DNA from: the human T2T-CHM13v2.0 reference genome, Homo sapiens
Length of the DNA: 64,000 bases
Assembly: GCF_009914755.1 (NCBI RefSeq)
Contig: NC_060928.1
Reading direction: 5' to 3' (one strand)
This document shows, one piece after another, positions 63,831 through 64,000 of this stretch (positions are counted from its first letter, which is position 1; the number at the start of each line of letters is the position of its first letter). Below the pieces are notes generated by a model that was given only the letters and a program-made list of their open reading frames with translations, was not told the origin of the DNA and made no database searches. A program made the position numbers and the translations under genes.

Positions 63831-64000
63831 GGGAATATATATATACATACACACATTATATATATACAGAAACGTGTGTGTATACATATATATATATATA
63901 TATATATTTTTTTTTTAGGGGGGTTGGTGACAGAGTTTTGCTTTGTCTCCCAGGATGGAGTTCAGTGGCATGGATCTCAGCTCACTGCAACCACCGCCTC

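Overview
Human (or closely related hominid) genomic DNA covering the 5' half of LARP1B (La-related protein 1B) on the + strand. Ten GT-AG exons (519-48303) splice into one open frame. Counted from the strong-Kozak ATG at 1011, this gives 508 codons: basic N-terminus, RG repeat, La motif, PAM2-like motif and the acidic region shared with LARP1. The C-terminal DM15 exons lie beyond the window. Introns hold roughly 80 Alus (about three quarters antisense), a full-length antisense SVA with TSD, a 5'-truncated AluYa5, MER20/MER33/MER1/MER47 DNA-transposon relics, MIR/L2 fragments, an approximately 10 kb block of sense-oriented old L1, and a mitochondrial 16S NUMT inserted inside an Alu. Nearly all ORFs in the supplied track are repeat-derived. 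Main leads: (1) back-splicing to the 519 acceptor gives AUG-containing circles, two of which (294 and 435 nt) are stop-free infinite ORFs; (2) the frame upstream of the ATG is open and LARP1-homologous, suggesting an N-terminal extension; (3) two Alu-free intronic-polyadenylation cassettes could give DM15-less isoforms; (4) the NUMT has microhomology to its host Alu and carries a truncated SHLP2-like ORF; (5) there are candidate poison exons. Repeat coordinates are read by eye and approximate; family calls and homologue sequences are from memory, not from a search.
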